Shown in pieces: positions 38,044 through 52,443 of a stretch of DNA of 64,000 nt; within the stretch, counting starts at the first letter, position 1; the number at the start of each line of letters is the position of its first letter. Origin of the DNA: Patellaria atrata CBS 101060 (Eukaryota). The position numbers and the translations under genes are program-made. The notes beneath the pieces were generated by a model. That model saw only the letters and a list, made by a program, of their open reading frames with translations, was not told where the DNA came from and did no database searches. The stretch is from contig MU006090.1 of NCBI GenBank assembly GCA_010093705.1, positions 2,038,022 to 2,102,021 on the forward strand. Reading direction: 5' to 3'.

Positions 38044-38644
38044 TGTCGTTCAAGTTTATAGCTTGTGAACGCCGAGAAGGTAGTAAGATAAATATTGTTT
38101 TGTGTCGGTGATGGTCTCGTGCACGAGACTACACACCGCTAGAGTTAACCATGAGATGAATCGACTCGGGTAGAAGCGTACAGACAAATGGTCAAGACAT
38201 TGTCCGTAGAAGTAGATCAAGACTTCGAGCTTACTACGTAACAATTCATAGTTTATATTGTTAGCACAATCATCTATCAGAAGCTCAACGAGGTAGATGT
38301 GACTAAGGTAGTTTGGCGACGCAATCCTACGGCATCGGAACAACTTTTCGGCTCGATCTAATTGAGAAAAAAATGCAACTCAAGGCCACCATGTACATAG
38401 ACTGCAGATACCTAGGAGGAGGACTGACCCCAGTCATCTCCTCATAACCCTCATAATCCTCATCACCACGACTTCTACAGGCGTTGTTCGCCTTCTTTTC
38501 GTTTCTCCGATACCCCATTTCGTACGTCCAGCAGCAAGAACTGCTGGCGAATCAGCTTTTACCTTCCCCTCAATCTTCTTTAATAAACCCGCTTCTTATC
38601 CATCACTTATTTTCTTCCGCTCGTACGCAAGCAAAAACAAGAAG

Positions 38645-40209
38645 ATGCCTCCTAAGAAACAAGTCAAGGAAGAGAAGATCCTTCTAGGAAGGCCGGGTAA
38701 CAGTCTCAAGAGCGGCATCGTATGTAGGCAGCCAATCTTCGCGCAAGGCTACCTCAAGTTCTTACCCTGACAGCTTCCATTAGGTCGGTCTTGCAAACGT
38801 TGGGAAGTCGACCCTATTTCAGGCCATCACAAAATCTTCGCTTGGTAATCCAGCTGTATGTGCCTCAGCAAGACGAATCAGTGGTTTGGTCACCTGACAT
38901 TCCTTAACAGAACTTCCCGTATGCCACAATCGACCCCGAGGAGGCTCGGGTTATCGTCCCAGACGAGAGATTTGACTGGCTCTGTGAACAATACAAACCA
39001 AAGTCCATTGTTCCTGCAAACTTGACCGTCTATGACATCGCTGGTCTGACTCGAGGCGCATCAACAGGTGCAGGGTTAGGAAATGCGTTCTTGTCTCATA
39101 TCCGGGCCGTAGATGCCATCTTCCAAGTAGTGAGATGCTTCGACGATGCCGAGATCATCCACGTAGAAGGAGATGTGGATCCAGTTCGAGATCTAGACAT
39201 CATCAGCGAAGAACTCCGACTTAAGGATATTGAGTTCGTCGAAAAGTCTCTTGAGAATCTGGTCAAACAGACTAAGCGAGGAGGTCAGAGTCTGGAGATG
39301 AAGAAAATGAAGGAGGAGCAAGCGACTGTTGAGAAGATATTAGATATGCTCAAGAGTGGTAAAGATGTGAGAAAGGGCGACTGGGCTCCTAAAGAGGTAA
39401 GCGGCACAAACTCATAGATTAAGATTCCCCCACGGTCTACCATGATGAACAAGAGATCGAATCTCTATAATCCCAGCTCTTCGAAAGCCTCATTTATCTC
39501 ACGTAGAGGCACGCATGAGAAAAAGTCCAACACTGATCCCAACACCAATCACACTAATTTGAAAAAGGAGTTTTATTTTAACCATTGCTAATTACATTGT
39601 TCAGGTCGAAGTCATCAACCCACTTTTCCTCCTGACAGCAAAACCAGTCGTCTACCTCGTCAATCTAAGCGAGAAGGACTACATCCGCCAGAAGAACAAA
39701 CATCTACCCAAGATAGCAGCATGGGTAAAAGAACATGCCGAAGGTGATCCTATCATTCCGATATCTGTATCGTTTGAGGAGCGTCTCGCCACTATGACGG
39801 ATGCAGAAGCGCAGGAAGAAAGCAAGAAACTCGGCACCAAGTCCATTCTCCCTAAAGTTATCCTTACTATGCGGAAAGCCCTCAATCTCGGAAGCTTTTT
39901 CACGACTGGTACAGACGAAGTCAGACAGTGGACGATACGCAATGGTACCAAGGCACCACAGGCCGCTGGCGTTATTCATGGGGGTACGTCTGCACTAGTT
40001 GACCCTGTTTCGAACACCAATTCACTAATATGATATTAGATTTCGAGAAGACTTTCATTCAAGCTATCGTATATAACTACAATGCCTTGAGGGAAGAAGG
40101 CGATGAAGCTGCGGTGAAAGCGAAAGGAAAAGTTATGACTAAAGGCAAGGACTATGTCGTGGAAGATGGTGATATTTTACTGATTAAGGCTGGCGCTGCG
40201 AAATCATGA
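38645..40209 (+). CDS. OLA1: Obg-like ATPase Ola1/YchF
   Basis: MPPKK...GLANVGKST, NFPYATIDPE, DIAGL, GLGNAFLSHIRAVD, EVRQWTIRNGTKAPQAAGVIH, GKDYVVEDGD. Four introns. Confidence 0.97.
39437..39540 (+). ncRNA. Intronic box C/D snoRNA, snR69-like
   Basis: Lies in the 208-nt OLA1 intron 39397-39604. C box ATGATGA at 39442; guide ATAATCCCAGCTCT followed by D'-like TCGA at 39481; C'-like ATGAGA; D box CTGA at 39533. The guide is complementary to LSU rRNA GAGCUGGG. Confidence 0.75.
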
Positions 40210-43200
40210 GCAAACCCCCAGCGTTTCGATAATCCAATATTCAGTGCTATATTAGACACTTAGGGGTCCCCCTTAGATACCCCTTGAAAAATGCCGTATG
40301 GAAGAGTAAACTCCAGTGCCTATAGCCTAATAAGAATTCATTAAGATATCCAGATAATCATACAGATCTATGCACATCTTCCCTGAACACAGCCCACCGG
40401 GACATTAACACAGCTCCTACATTGTATTTCGTGGTAACGACAATACCTCTACTCCCGTTCTCCAGTTCACATAACCATCTCATAGGGCCTACCGTTACAG
40501 TACAAGCACTAGCAAAGATTACACCCCCAATCGATAGCTCGAATAATCGGTTCTAGCGGTTAAACCTACCCTGCCCTTCACGTAGCAACCGTATCCCAGT
40601 CGCGCCGCTCAAGAACGTAAAATACACCGTCTAACATAGAGTTCCCAGTTGCGCTCATAAGGTCGTCACCCCCCCTCCCGAAAATCTAACCACGGCAAGA
40701 AATCCAAAGCCCGAGAATTGAGGCGGACTTGGAGAATACCTGCGCAAGAGCTCTACTGGGAACTGTGCGAGTGAAGTTTGGACGGTATGATAGGTCAGGG
40801 ACTGTGGTTGAGATTGGGCAGGGTGAAGGGAATAAAGGGAGCCCCTGGAGATGGATGTGGAGGTTGAGATGTAGTGGGTGGGTTTTTATGAAGGAGGAGA
40901 GAAATAGAGGGGATATCCTGGAGATAGATGTGGAGGTCGAGTTGTAGTGCGTGGTTTTCATGAAGGGGGGATTGGAAAGAGAGGATTTCGAGTGCTTGTA
41001 TGGAGCGATAGTGCACCGGACCGTCTGTCTTAAGTCAATGAGATATTCGTGCCTATTACGTATCTCTTGTGAGCCACAATATCGCTTCTTCGATTCAGAT
41101 AATTAATATCGGGATATTACTACGGTCCAACTATTCGGTATTGCCTTGAATATTAATCTAGGATTCTCTTGAGTCTTGTTCGAGGGACTTCTTATTCTTT
41201 GGTATTTCTTCGCAAGACCTCAAAATGGTTATTCATTTATAGCATAATACTTGAAGATACCATGATCTATATTCAGGGATGATATAGTACAGCATCTGAA
41301 GCTACCGGAGTAGGATGGTTGCGTGGGGGTGATCGGTTAAGCGTCATGTTGCTGGATTGAGTAAGAGTTACGCAGGAAGATCATTATATCATTTCTTACG
41401 CCCTAGATGCCAAAACGTGTGTAGTCAAAGTCGATAATTTGGTATTCTGCTTCTTTGAAGAGTCAGGAGCTTTTACATCAAAGCGTGATGGGTGGATGAG
41501 GAGAATATGCTTTGCGGGGAAGAATCAAGATCAGGTTGATTTGTAAGACTCCTTCCCCTGTACGGGTGAGTTTAGATATGGGAGATGGTTAAAAAGGGGA
41601 TGTTGTCTTTTTAAGCTCCAGTTATCTCGACGGATTGGGTCGCTAGCCACAACATACCGCATTCAGAAGCGATGCGATACCGTATTGCGACTGTGGGGGT
41701 CCACGATGGCCGGTCCAGCCACAGCTTCGAGATCGAATCTAGTCGCCGAAAGCATTCCAGTATCGAGACCCGAAAGACTATCAGTTAAGGGAAATGTAGA
41801 GAAGTAATGAGTACCTACCCTAAAATCGCCGTTCGGCACACCGGGGTTGATAAGTCAAAAGCGCGAGAAGGATTTGAGACTAAAATATACCTGACTGGAT
41901 CCATAGCAACGAGAACTTCAGCTGATAAGATTGAAATCTCTGCGAGCTAGACGTGAACCTGGCATCTGCTTACCGCATGAAGGATGCGCTGACGTAGAAC
42001 TCTAGAAGCTTGTGAAAGAGGTAATTTGGTAGACCCATGGTGTGATAAGGGGTTTTCACATTGGAACGTCTCTTGGATGTGATGAGCAAAGGTGAGGTTG
42101 GTTACTGAACCGACGAACAAGCTTTCATAACATGTCTAGTAGTTGATCATTGCGCTTTTGAACCATATGCAGTAATATTAGAAACCAACAGTGTGGTTTT
42201 AGAAATGGACGGTTTTCTGAATTTTTGACAGAAAGTTTGGGCTTCACACCTACCTGCACTGCCTGAATCGAAAGGTAACGCGTTCACGCCTTCGTTTTAA
42301 CATCTTACCGAAATTCAACCTGTAATAAGCCTACCTAAGATTATGATGATAGAAGAGTGATCTGACAATGTTGTCTTCTCCAGCGACAAGATGCACATTA
42401 GATTTGGACGAGACTCCATAAGTTCTACTCTCACCGTCAGATACCATGAGCGTCGAATTCTACAGTTTTTGTTTGAGAAGAGGTGCTTATAATGCTTTCT
42501 GTTAAGAGCTATAGGTCCAGAGATAATAACTTAAGAGGCGTGTTATGATCCGACGCACCACCTTGAGACGACATGCGGCAGACCCTGCATTGCTTGATGT
42601 TGAATAAAACTATAAATCAACCTCTTCTACTGCAACAACTGATACCTAGGAACAAACGAAGAGGATTAATAGAACAGGCACTTGTCTGTATTTTTTGCGT
42701 CCCCATCTTTTTGTGTCGAACCAAGCAGAGAAGATTTGGTGCTGTGTTATTACGCAGCATTCTGAGGTACTGTTATTAAGATACCCTAGAACCAAATTAG
42801 ACTTCTCTGACATGTAACATGTTAGGCAGAACGGCGCGTGTATTTGACACTTGGATCAACGGATCAATCAAGACTTTGGTTTCAAGTGTTCCAAGTGCTG
42901 TACCGCACAAAAATTCTTTCAGTAGGAGCTCCTTGGGAAAAACGGAGGGTCCACTTCTGGTCCTCAAGAGGAAAAGTCTTCAGAGGGCCCTATGAAGATG
43001 TAAACGCTAGCTGCGGGGGAATCACATTTCCTATCGATACAGTATGTCAGACCATGGCGCAATGTTGGTTCGTGCGTAGTATCTTCATCTCGTCAATCTT
43101 GATCAGGGATACCTTTTGCTCATCGGCGAGATCCTGGGGAACACTGTAATGCTCTATTACGTCCTTGATTGTAGAGTCAGTCGAGAGATCAAGTATGGTG

Positions 43201-46152
43201 CCCACTCTTCCAAGTGACGAAGATGTGATGACTGCACCTCGGGCAAGAGCTTGGATGTAATTTCGAAATCCAGTGATCTAAGAAGACAATCGGATATCAA
43301 GCTCTCTCTCTCTCCTGAAGTGAATGTCCTTCAAGGTTGATCCATGTTTAACTGTGAGCTTCAGACATGCGGGTGGATTGAACCGGCCTGATAGCTTCCC
43401 CTCCAGGTACGCTCGTATCATTTCTCAGGATTGAAGCAGGGATCCATTTGCAGCTAAAGGTGCACTTTGGTGCAGCAACGGTGCAGCACAGGTTGAGCAC
43501 ACCGCCGTTGTCTGCTGAACGTGAATAGACGAACGCTTCCTGGATTAGGTCGACGAGAAAAGTCCAGCAAATGCCTGAATTGGGGTGGGAAATATAATGG
43601 TGAGAATTGTTCAGTAAGATAGCGAAAGTGAGAAGCGCACATCGCTTAGGTTCTCGCATCATGACCTTTGAATATGCACATGTGCGGCTGGTAAGAAGTT
43701 TGTTCAGTTGGTTTGTCTCTACTCCGTAGGATTGAAACAAACCAGATGTTTCGACGCCCTACTACTTTAGTTTGGAGACCTATATGTGGGTGTGTTATCG
43801 TGTGATTAGCTGTCGGTTGATTGCTTGACAATTCCTGACATTTCTTGATGCAGCACGCTGAATTCTGACCAAAACCCCGCGTTTTGATGCAGGTGTCTTT
43901 GTCTATACCCACATCAGAATGAAGTTCGTTCCTCACATTAGTAGTAGCTGTATCTGTAATGTACTAAAGGTATCGTCGAGGCATTCAACCCACAGATGGT
44001 AAAACCGCCATGAGCTGCAAGATGGGTGCTCATATGCTCCATTTAACCATTGGGCTGTCCCGACATTCTCCGTGTGATTGAGTTGAAGAAGCACTGCTCG
44101 TTGATATTCGATCAACGTATTTGTCGGCTCGCGAAATTTTCTGCGGGCCGTTGCGGCCTTGAAAATCTTCGTTAACTTCTCCAGAGTGCTGGTGGTCCAG
44201 CTCCGGGTCGTATCGATCCCTTTAGTTCCCGCGCGATGTGGCTGGTGGTCTCTGTGCAAATTCAACCGTTTGTGTGATGAGTTGAGACCTTGAATTTTGC
44301 GCAATCACGATGGGTTCGATGAGTGAGAGACTTTGTTTCTTTTTAACCGTGAAGCTAATCATCAAAGTGGTATGGGACGGCGGAGCGGCCATCGATTTGG
44401 GACCCTGTCATTCTTTTTTGTCCTGGCCGTAACTACAAGATTTTCAGATGGGAGGTACCTTACTGGTAAGCATGTGGAGAACCTTGTCAGTGCATCGCCG
44501 TTAATCCTGCTATTCCACCGGCGACCAGCTGATACTTTGATATTCACGATATCTGTATAGTACAGCGAGTATCTCTGGAGAAGAGACGTCTTGATAAAGA
44601 TCCCCACCAACGCCGGTAACGAGACACGCGAGGACTCTTGAGTCTTTCCCCTGCCGGCACGAGAGTCAGGTGAATAAACTTTCAGAGTGTCGGATGTTAC
44701 ATCCTGAAAGAGTTCAAGAGAGGAACAGTGCAAAGCTCGTTGTGGCCTAGAATGTTTCACGCACTTTCGCCTCGGACGTGATCCGCTGATTGAAACAAGG
44801 CGCTATACTCCCCTCAGTCTGGTATCGCTGAACAAGCAGCCCCACGCTGTCCACCAGGCTGTTTGAGCTTTGGTGGGAGCGATTCATGGAACCTGGGCAA
44901 AGAGAGTCTTCCGACTCCAGACTCCGGAGAATTGCTACAAACTTCTAGCCTGCTTAAGGCCTGATTACAAGTGTGTGAATGGTTATCATATTTAACTTTC
45001 CCACTCTGTGAATTTCCTTGTAAGTATCCTAGATATATGGAGACTGTCGCACCCGGCATGTAGGCTATTTCTTAGAGACTAGATTACTACAAGCCTATTT
45101 GCTGTACTAGTTTGATAAAGAGGTTATAAAAAGTATGCTTAAACGGGAGGACAGGGCTTGCGGACAGAGCAGAAGGAAAAGTAAGACGCCGCAGGATCGG
45201 ATTTGCTCGACGATCCAACCTGAAAACTAGCCCGCGATTCAGAGGCCTCAGAGCCCTACCACTGAACGGATTTGACGTCCCGTCTATCAACAGGCAAAAC
45301 TCAGAAAGGACGAGAAGGTATGAAAGAGTGTAGAAGCAAAGGGGGGACGACTGCCTAGAAGGCCACCTTCGTCCTTTACAGTTTTCCCAGATCGACGTTG
45401 CAGTAGTTCAGTAAAAGGTCAAACTCTTTAGATACAAGTAGATATGTAGATATTGCAGTAGTTTCTCAGTAGTTTGCCAGATTGATGCCCAAATTGACGG
45501 AACAGGACATGCAGAACTGTAGAAACAAGAACAGTAAGGTGAGGCGTCATGCATAGATGGGCAGGCGGAGTATACTGTAGAAAGAGTGATGCTGATGCAA
45601 AATGGATGTTAAGAGTTGGAAGATCGTTCAAGTGTGAGGCTGCCCAGGCGGGGTTCCCGAATGTAAGGGTGAAGGGCAAAAAGGCTCGTGGAGATTTGTG
45701 GGGCAGCTGTAAGGGAGATGTAAGGTACAAGTAAAAGTACAACTGTACGATGTATAGTACCTTATTCGCATGTACCTCGAGATAACAACAATATGTGGGT
45801 ATCAGACTTTCAGATATGTATTTGTTTGAGGCAATAGAGGAACAGTACAATCGATTAAGGAGGACGAAGGGGACCTTTAGTGGCTGCAACTTTTTATGTG
45901 TACTTGTACTCACCAGTAGCCCAGTACCTTACAGTACAGTACCTTCTCCCCGTGCCTAGCTTCTCCTGGCTCGTTTCGTCTCGTTTGGCTCTTGGTGGCG
46001 GTCCCTACTTTTTTTGCTTTCTCGTGGCATCCATGTGTGTACAGAGGAACGGTACCTTTTTGTACCTTTTGTGCCCTCCGCTGGGATGGTGTACGTGCGG
46101 GTGACTGCGGTGTCACTCGCGACTGGTAGACCGGCAATCATAGGCGATTTCC

Positions 46153-46175
46153 TTTTCGCGTTTCGCGAGCGCGAA
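46153..46175. promoter_or_regulatory. Cluster of MCB/SCB-like CGCG elements upstream of the kinesin gene
   Basis: TTTTCGCGTTTCGCGAGCGCGAA contains three CGCG cores, including ACGCGAAA on the minus strand, about 0.7 kb upstream of the kinesin ATG. Confidence 0.4.
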
Positions 46176-46885
46176 GCAAGTGAATAATAATAATGTGATG
46201 ATGGAGGGGGTTGGTGGTTAACGGTCGAGGTTTTTTTTATTATAGCCTTGTTCCTGGTTCAAGCCCTGTTCTCCGTGCTGTGGTGCTGTGGTGATTATTG
46301 ATGCTTGAGTGCGCTCTCCCCTATCCATCCCAAACCTTGACCTGCCGCTTAAGAAAACCCCTGACTAGCCCCCGTGCCTCCTTATCCGACACCCCCTTCC
46401 TCCACCCCCCAATCTTGTGAATTATTCTCATTGATCCTTGAGAATTCCATCACCCATTAGTGATAATTATAATTTTTCTCTTCTTCAATCCACATTATCT
46501 TATCCTCACCCTTTACACTTCTTTTCTCACATGCGGCCGCACCCTTCCCGGGTAAACACACAAGCAGCACAGTCTCCGCAGCTGTCGCAACTGAACCTTT
46601 CATCAGTATCCGTACTTGTATAATATTACCCTCAATCGCATCTCGCAAGGCCACCTATATTTGCCTCCAGGGTCGTCCCGCTATTACCACCTCACGGACG
46701 TTTTCCAGCAGACCAGTCGAGGAACCAACTCGTTTCTCGCCTGCTCGGCAATTTTGACAAACAGTCGCGCATGAATTTCGAGAATTCTTCTGTCGAGTTG
46801 CTGCACGCGCAGAGAGACTCCAACCTCCTTTAACGCGTCGTAGGTCTACCTACCTGCACGTCGTTGTCATCGTGCCGCAAGCAAC

Positions 46886-49800
46886 ATGGCTTCTCCACCA
46901 AGCTCTCCTCCGGGTGGTAGCGGTATACAACGACCTATGAGTGCCATGATCCAGCGTCCGAACCGTAGCTCGAGCCGTATGAGTATGAGCAGTAAGGTTG
47001 GTGGTGGAAGCAGAGCATCCGACGAAGATGGAAAGACTGCGGTGAAAGTCGGTATGTACTAATGCGGAACTTCTGCGTCTGCCCGTCGTCTGCATAGAGT
47101 TGGATCTAACATCTTACCACCACAAATAGCTGTGCGGGTACGCCCACCTCTCAAACCTTCGGATCCGGGATATGAGCTTGTCCCACAGCGATTTCGCGGT
47201 TCTACATGTCACGTCACAACACCTACTAGTCTAGCTATCGAGTCTGCGCAAGGGAAAAAGCTATTCGTGTTCGATCGTGTATTCGGTGAAGACATCGATC
47301 AAGAAGGGGTTTATGAATACCTAAATGAGAGTATTGATTCGTTCGTGCAAGGCTACAATGTCTCGATCTTGGCTTATGGCCAGTCCGGTGCTGGAAAGTC
47401 TTACACTATGGGAACCACTGGACCGCGGGAACAGAGCGATCCTAGAATAATGGGTACGTCTATTCGCAGTCTCGAACTATTGATTTTGGATTGAACCTGT
47501 GGAAACGCGCCCTCAACTCCAATATATCCATTTTGGACAAAATCAAGTTTCCTCCCGCTAACCTTTATCAAAGGCATAATCCCACGTGCTGCTGCTACCC
47601 TTTTCGAGAAGTTGACCGGTTCCCCTAGCAGTCGCAACTCAGGCTTAAGGACACCCTCTCGTTATTCAAGCCATGGCCTCCCCACCCTTCCAGCGGTTTC
47701 CAAATCGTCGGGTGATAAAAGCTGGCAACTCAAAGCAACATACGTAGAGGTACGATATGAAACTGTGCTCTAATCTCTTGTGGTGTTCTAACCTTATAAC
47801 AGATTTATAACGAACAACTCCGGGATCTCCTCTTGGATGAATCCGTCTCGATGAACGAACGCCAGCCGGTAACTATTCGGGAGGACACAAAGGGTAGGAT
47901 ACTTCTCACCGGCTTACGACAAATCAACATCAACTCCATAGAAGATCTTTTGAACGCCTTAAATTTTGGTTCATCCATTCGCCAAACCGACGCTACAGCA
48001 GTCAATGCGAAGTCATCTCGTTCTCACGCAGTTTTCAGCTTAAACCTAGTGCAAAAGAGGAGTAGGTCTACGCCACGTACCGCTCAAGAAAAACGTTTTT
48101 CTGTTCCGATTGAGGCTATGTCAGGTGGCGAGAGCTGGGTTACAGTTGATAGCAAGCTACATTTCGTCGACTTAGCAGGCAGTGAAAGGCTAAAGAATAC
48201 GGGAGCGCAAGGGGAACGTGCAAGGGAAGGAATTTCTATCAATGCCGGTCTTGCCAGTTTAGGGAAGGTCATCTCGCAACTTTCATCTCGAGCAGCTGGG
48301 GCGCACGTCTCCTATAGAGATTCCAAGCTTACCCGTCTACTTCAAGATTCCCTTGGAGGCAATGCCATTACTTACATGGTTGCATGCGTCAATCCAGCGG
48401 AGTTCCACTTGAGCGAGACATTGAACACTGTTCAGTACGCTCAACGAGCTCGTGCGATCCAAAGCAAACCTCAAATACAGCAAGTTTCCGACGATAGCGA
48501 CAAGCAGGCCATCATCGATCGTCTCCGTGCAGAGGTGTCCTTCCTGAGAGATCAAATTAGACTTTCGGAGAGGGCGGAACGAAAGAGTAATGCACCACAA
48601 GAGCGATCAGAACGTCTCCATGAGCGTGAGGTCGAATTGCAAAACCAACTCCTTGATATCCAGGAAAATTATAATGCTTTGAATCAACGTCATACGAAAC
48701 TGATTACAGAGATCAGTAAAGCAAGAGATACCGGCGCCGAAGACACGCCCATGCTTTCCGATGCGATCGGCGATAGTGCTGTTGAACGATTGAAACGCTC
48801 AAACTCCTTTGCTGAGACTGTCAACCAGGTCATTCTAGAGTATGAGAAGACTATCCAAAGTCTGGAGACCTCTCTATCGAATACTCGGTCCTCCCTATCC
48901 AATAGTGAGAGTATCCTGCTTGAGAAGGAGACTAAGATCGCGTATATGGAAACCGTCACACAACAACTTCAGGCCCGAATTTCAAAAGCAATGGATCGGG
49001 AAGCGAATAGTGAAAATTATCTTCGGGACCTAGAAGCCAAAGTTGATGGTATTGCCTCTGGGGAAGAGAAGAGTTCTTCCGTGATTCAAGATCTTCGCAA
49101 AGAACTCACCAGAGCTCGCGAAAATGAAGCAAGCTGTGAAGAGTATATCACAACACTCGAAGAGCGCCTCGCCGAAGCGGAACAAGATCATGAAATGATG
49201 CAGCGTGAAATAGATCGTCTCGAGCACGTTATCGAGAGGCAACGAAGTATCGGTAAATTAGATAATCTTCTTTACGAGTTGGATGCGATTCGCCAGACTG
49301 AGAGTCGCGCCGACACTGATCATTTGACCAACGGTCATTCTAAGAAAGGAAGTGGCTCGTTCCACTCGAGGAAGACGTCGATGGGTACTATGTCCCCTAC
49401 AAATGATACTCGGAGCCCTAATGGTACTGGCATCGATGGTAGACTCTCCATGGTGGAGTCCGAAGCAGCTTCGGAAACCATCGTGGCAGGATCAGAAGCA
49501 GAGAACAGACCAGGCAACATTGACAGTTCCAATACTCGGGTCGAAACTCCACTAGCTGATGAGCTGGATGAAGTACCCCAAAGCCCGGCGCAGTCCAAAT
49601 TCGTGGCCGACAAACTCGAAACAGTAACGTCGGAACTGCTTTATCTTCGAGAGGAACACGAGACTACACTCACTGAATATGAAGAGTTGCAAGAAAAGTA
49701 CCGCATTGCTCTAGGCACGTTGGCAGAGCTACAAGATGCGGTCGATGAAGCACGGCATGCAACTCCTATTTCTACAAGACCGACTTCTTTTTTAGCGAAC

Positions 49801-52443
49801 GCGGGGGTGAATGGGCTAAAAGAGGATGGACAACCTTCATCCTCGCGTACTTTATCATCGGAATTGTCCTTGGTCGGGGAATCTGGGGAGTCCCTGACCA
49901 CACCAGGAATTACTGATATAGAGGCAGCTCAGAAGAGGTCGGGCTCCCCAGATTCTGAGAATTTCTCTCAGGAGGTAGAGACCCTAAAGAAACTCAATGC
50001 CGAGAAGGAAGAAAACATGGCAGAACTCAGTGAGAACTACGCTAAGTTGCAAGAAAAGCATCGCGATACTTTAGACTTTGTGGAGGAGTTGAAGACTGAA
50101 GTTCAGAGGGCGCAAATGGCTCGACCACAGTCACCTACTGCTCAGGTCATTCGACGAAAGTCTAGCCAAAATGTGATGACCACCGATCGTGCTAATCGCG
50201 CATTCGCATCTCTACGTAACATTGCATTGGATCAGTTTGAGGAGCAGCCTGATCTCATTCAAAGCTTTGAGATCAATCTTAATGCTTTAATGACGGAACT
50301 ACATACTCGATCCGAGCGTGTACAAGCACTGGAAGCGGAGACTGCATCAATACGCAGTGAGATGGAAACGAAGATGAAGATCATATCTGGTCTCACACGC
50401 GAACGGTCCAGCTTGAAGTCAGCCTCGCCGATGGATATCTCTGTCGTTGCCTCTATGCGTGACCAGCTAGCAGAGAGCGAATACCAGAATAGGATGCTAC
50501 AAGAAGCTCATGCTGCCCGTGAGAAGGAATTAAACGAGGAGGTTGAGCAACTCAAGTCAACCCTGGATGCACACCTACAGTCCGCAGCTCCAGGGGAGGT
50601 TGGCGGTAGTGCTGGAACTGAGAATATGCCAGGCGTTTTCCCGGAAACTCCTGCACCGGAGGTCGAAGCAAGTAAGGAGTTGGGTCGGGATATGGAATTG
50701 GACGAGACCACTCAACCGCATATCACTCAGCTGCAATCTGAGATTTCTGAGTGGAAGACTAAGCACCTTTCAACTCTAGAATCCTCTAGGGCTTCCGAAC
50801 AGAAGCTGTTGGCCACGATCAGCGAACTTGAGGCCTCGATAGAACGTGCGGAACTTGCTCACGCTGAACAGCTCGCGAAGCATGAACTACATATTCAAGA
50901 TCTTCTCTCCGCAGCATCCGATGCTGATAATGAACGCGTTAAGCAGGAAGAGACTGTTCGTGCCTTACAGAATGAAATCAACGAACACAAGGCCGCTGCT
51001 GCCACACACTCATCTCAATTAAAGGAGTTGGAACAATCTCAAGTCAACATCCTGCGACAAATCGAAGATGATAGTACCGCTAAGGAGTTAACCGACAGAG
51101 AACTACAGACCCACCGCGAGCTTGTGTCCAACTTAGAGAGCCAAATTGAAGAGCACAAGACAGCCATTGCCATGCATCAAGAAGGTATCGTCTCCTTGCA
51201 GAAATCACATGCTAAGGAGATTGAAACGATCAACACCGCACTCTTAGAGGCAAAGGCAGAAGCTGACGAACGCCTTGCAGCACAGATCGCGGAACATGAC
51301 GCGGTTACTAAAGAGCTACAAGATCAACTCACTAAGGCGCATGCTGCTCACAAGAGTACAGCAACTTCGCTCCAGTCAGACCTGAACAAAGCCAGGAACG
51401 TGTTCACGGAATTAGTTCGGGGCATTGCGAGTGCGTTGAACCAAAAGCCCGATGCATCCCTGGTGCAATCTCATGTGGAGGCTCTTGTAGAGGAGAGGAA
51501 AAACCTACTAGCCCAACACGGGTTGGCTTCCGAGGAGTTGCAAAACGTCCAAAGGGAACTTGAAGCAACAAGGTCAGATGTGTTAGAGCTGGAAGGCAAG
51601 GTGACAGAGCTGAGCTTGATCAACGAAGAGACCCTTCGGGAACTCGAAACGATTAGCGAAAAGGAAAAGAAGAGTGCTCGTCTGGTAGAAGAGCTCGAGG
51701 ATCAGCTGAGCTCCAATTACGACCAGCATCAAGCGGCAACTAACAGACTCTCCGCATTGCAAACCGAACGTCAATCTGCATTGGACGAAGTACTTCAAAC
51801 TAGGATGGAGGTGGAGAAGGAGCTTGAAGAAGCTCGCGCTAGGATCGCGAACCTCGAGGCCACGCTTGGAGAAACCAAGAGAAATTCCGCCCGGGAATCT
51901 CTAGATCCCAGAGACATAGGACTTAGCCGCACTCACACTGACAATGCGAACCTTCGTAAGAGCACCTCTCATAATTCACTCCCGTCGCCGCCACCTGCAA
52001 TCCCCTTGCCGCCGTTACCAGGTAGCCCACCACCCGGGAATGGACCATCACCGCCAACATCCCGACATCAGAGCAAAGACATAGCTCAGGCTCAGCTCGT
52101 CGAGGATCAGGAAGCCCGCATCAGAACCATCGAGAAGCACCTCTTCGCCGAGAAGCAGCTTACGGCGACATTAGAAGAAGCTCTGACAGATCTTGAGGCT
52201 TCCAGCACCAAAGTCAAGGCCGAAACAGACGCTTGGAAAAAGAAATGCCAAAGTCTAGAAGAAGAGCTCAAGCTCCTGAAGAACGAGCGCAACCAACAGC
52301 GTTACTCGCTCCAAGCTGTGGAGGAGGAGCGCAATGCACGTATGCGAGTCGAGGCAGAACGCGCACATCTTGAAGCTCGCATGGCTGCTCTCAACAATGC
52401 TAACAAAAAGAACAAGAAAAAGAGCACTTTGAACTGCTTCTAG
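46886..52443 (+). CDS. Kinesin motor, kinesin-4 (KIF4/KIF21)-like, with a long coiled coil
   Basis: VKV|AVRVRP, FVFDRVF, AYGQSGAGKSYTM, SSRSHAVF, FVDLAGSER, HVSYRDSKLTRLLQDSLGG. Three introns in the 5' part. Ends KKKSTLNCF. Confidence 0.95.
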
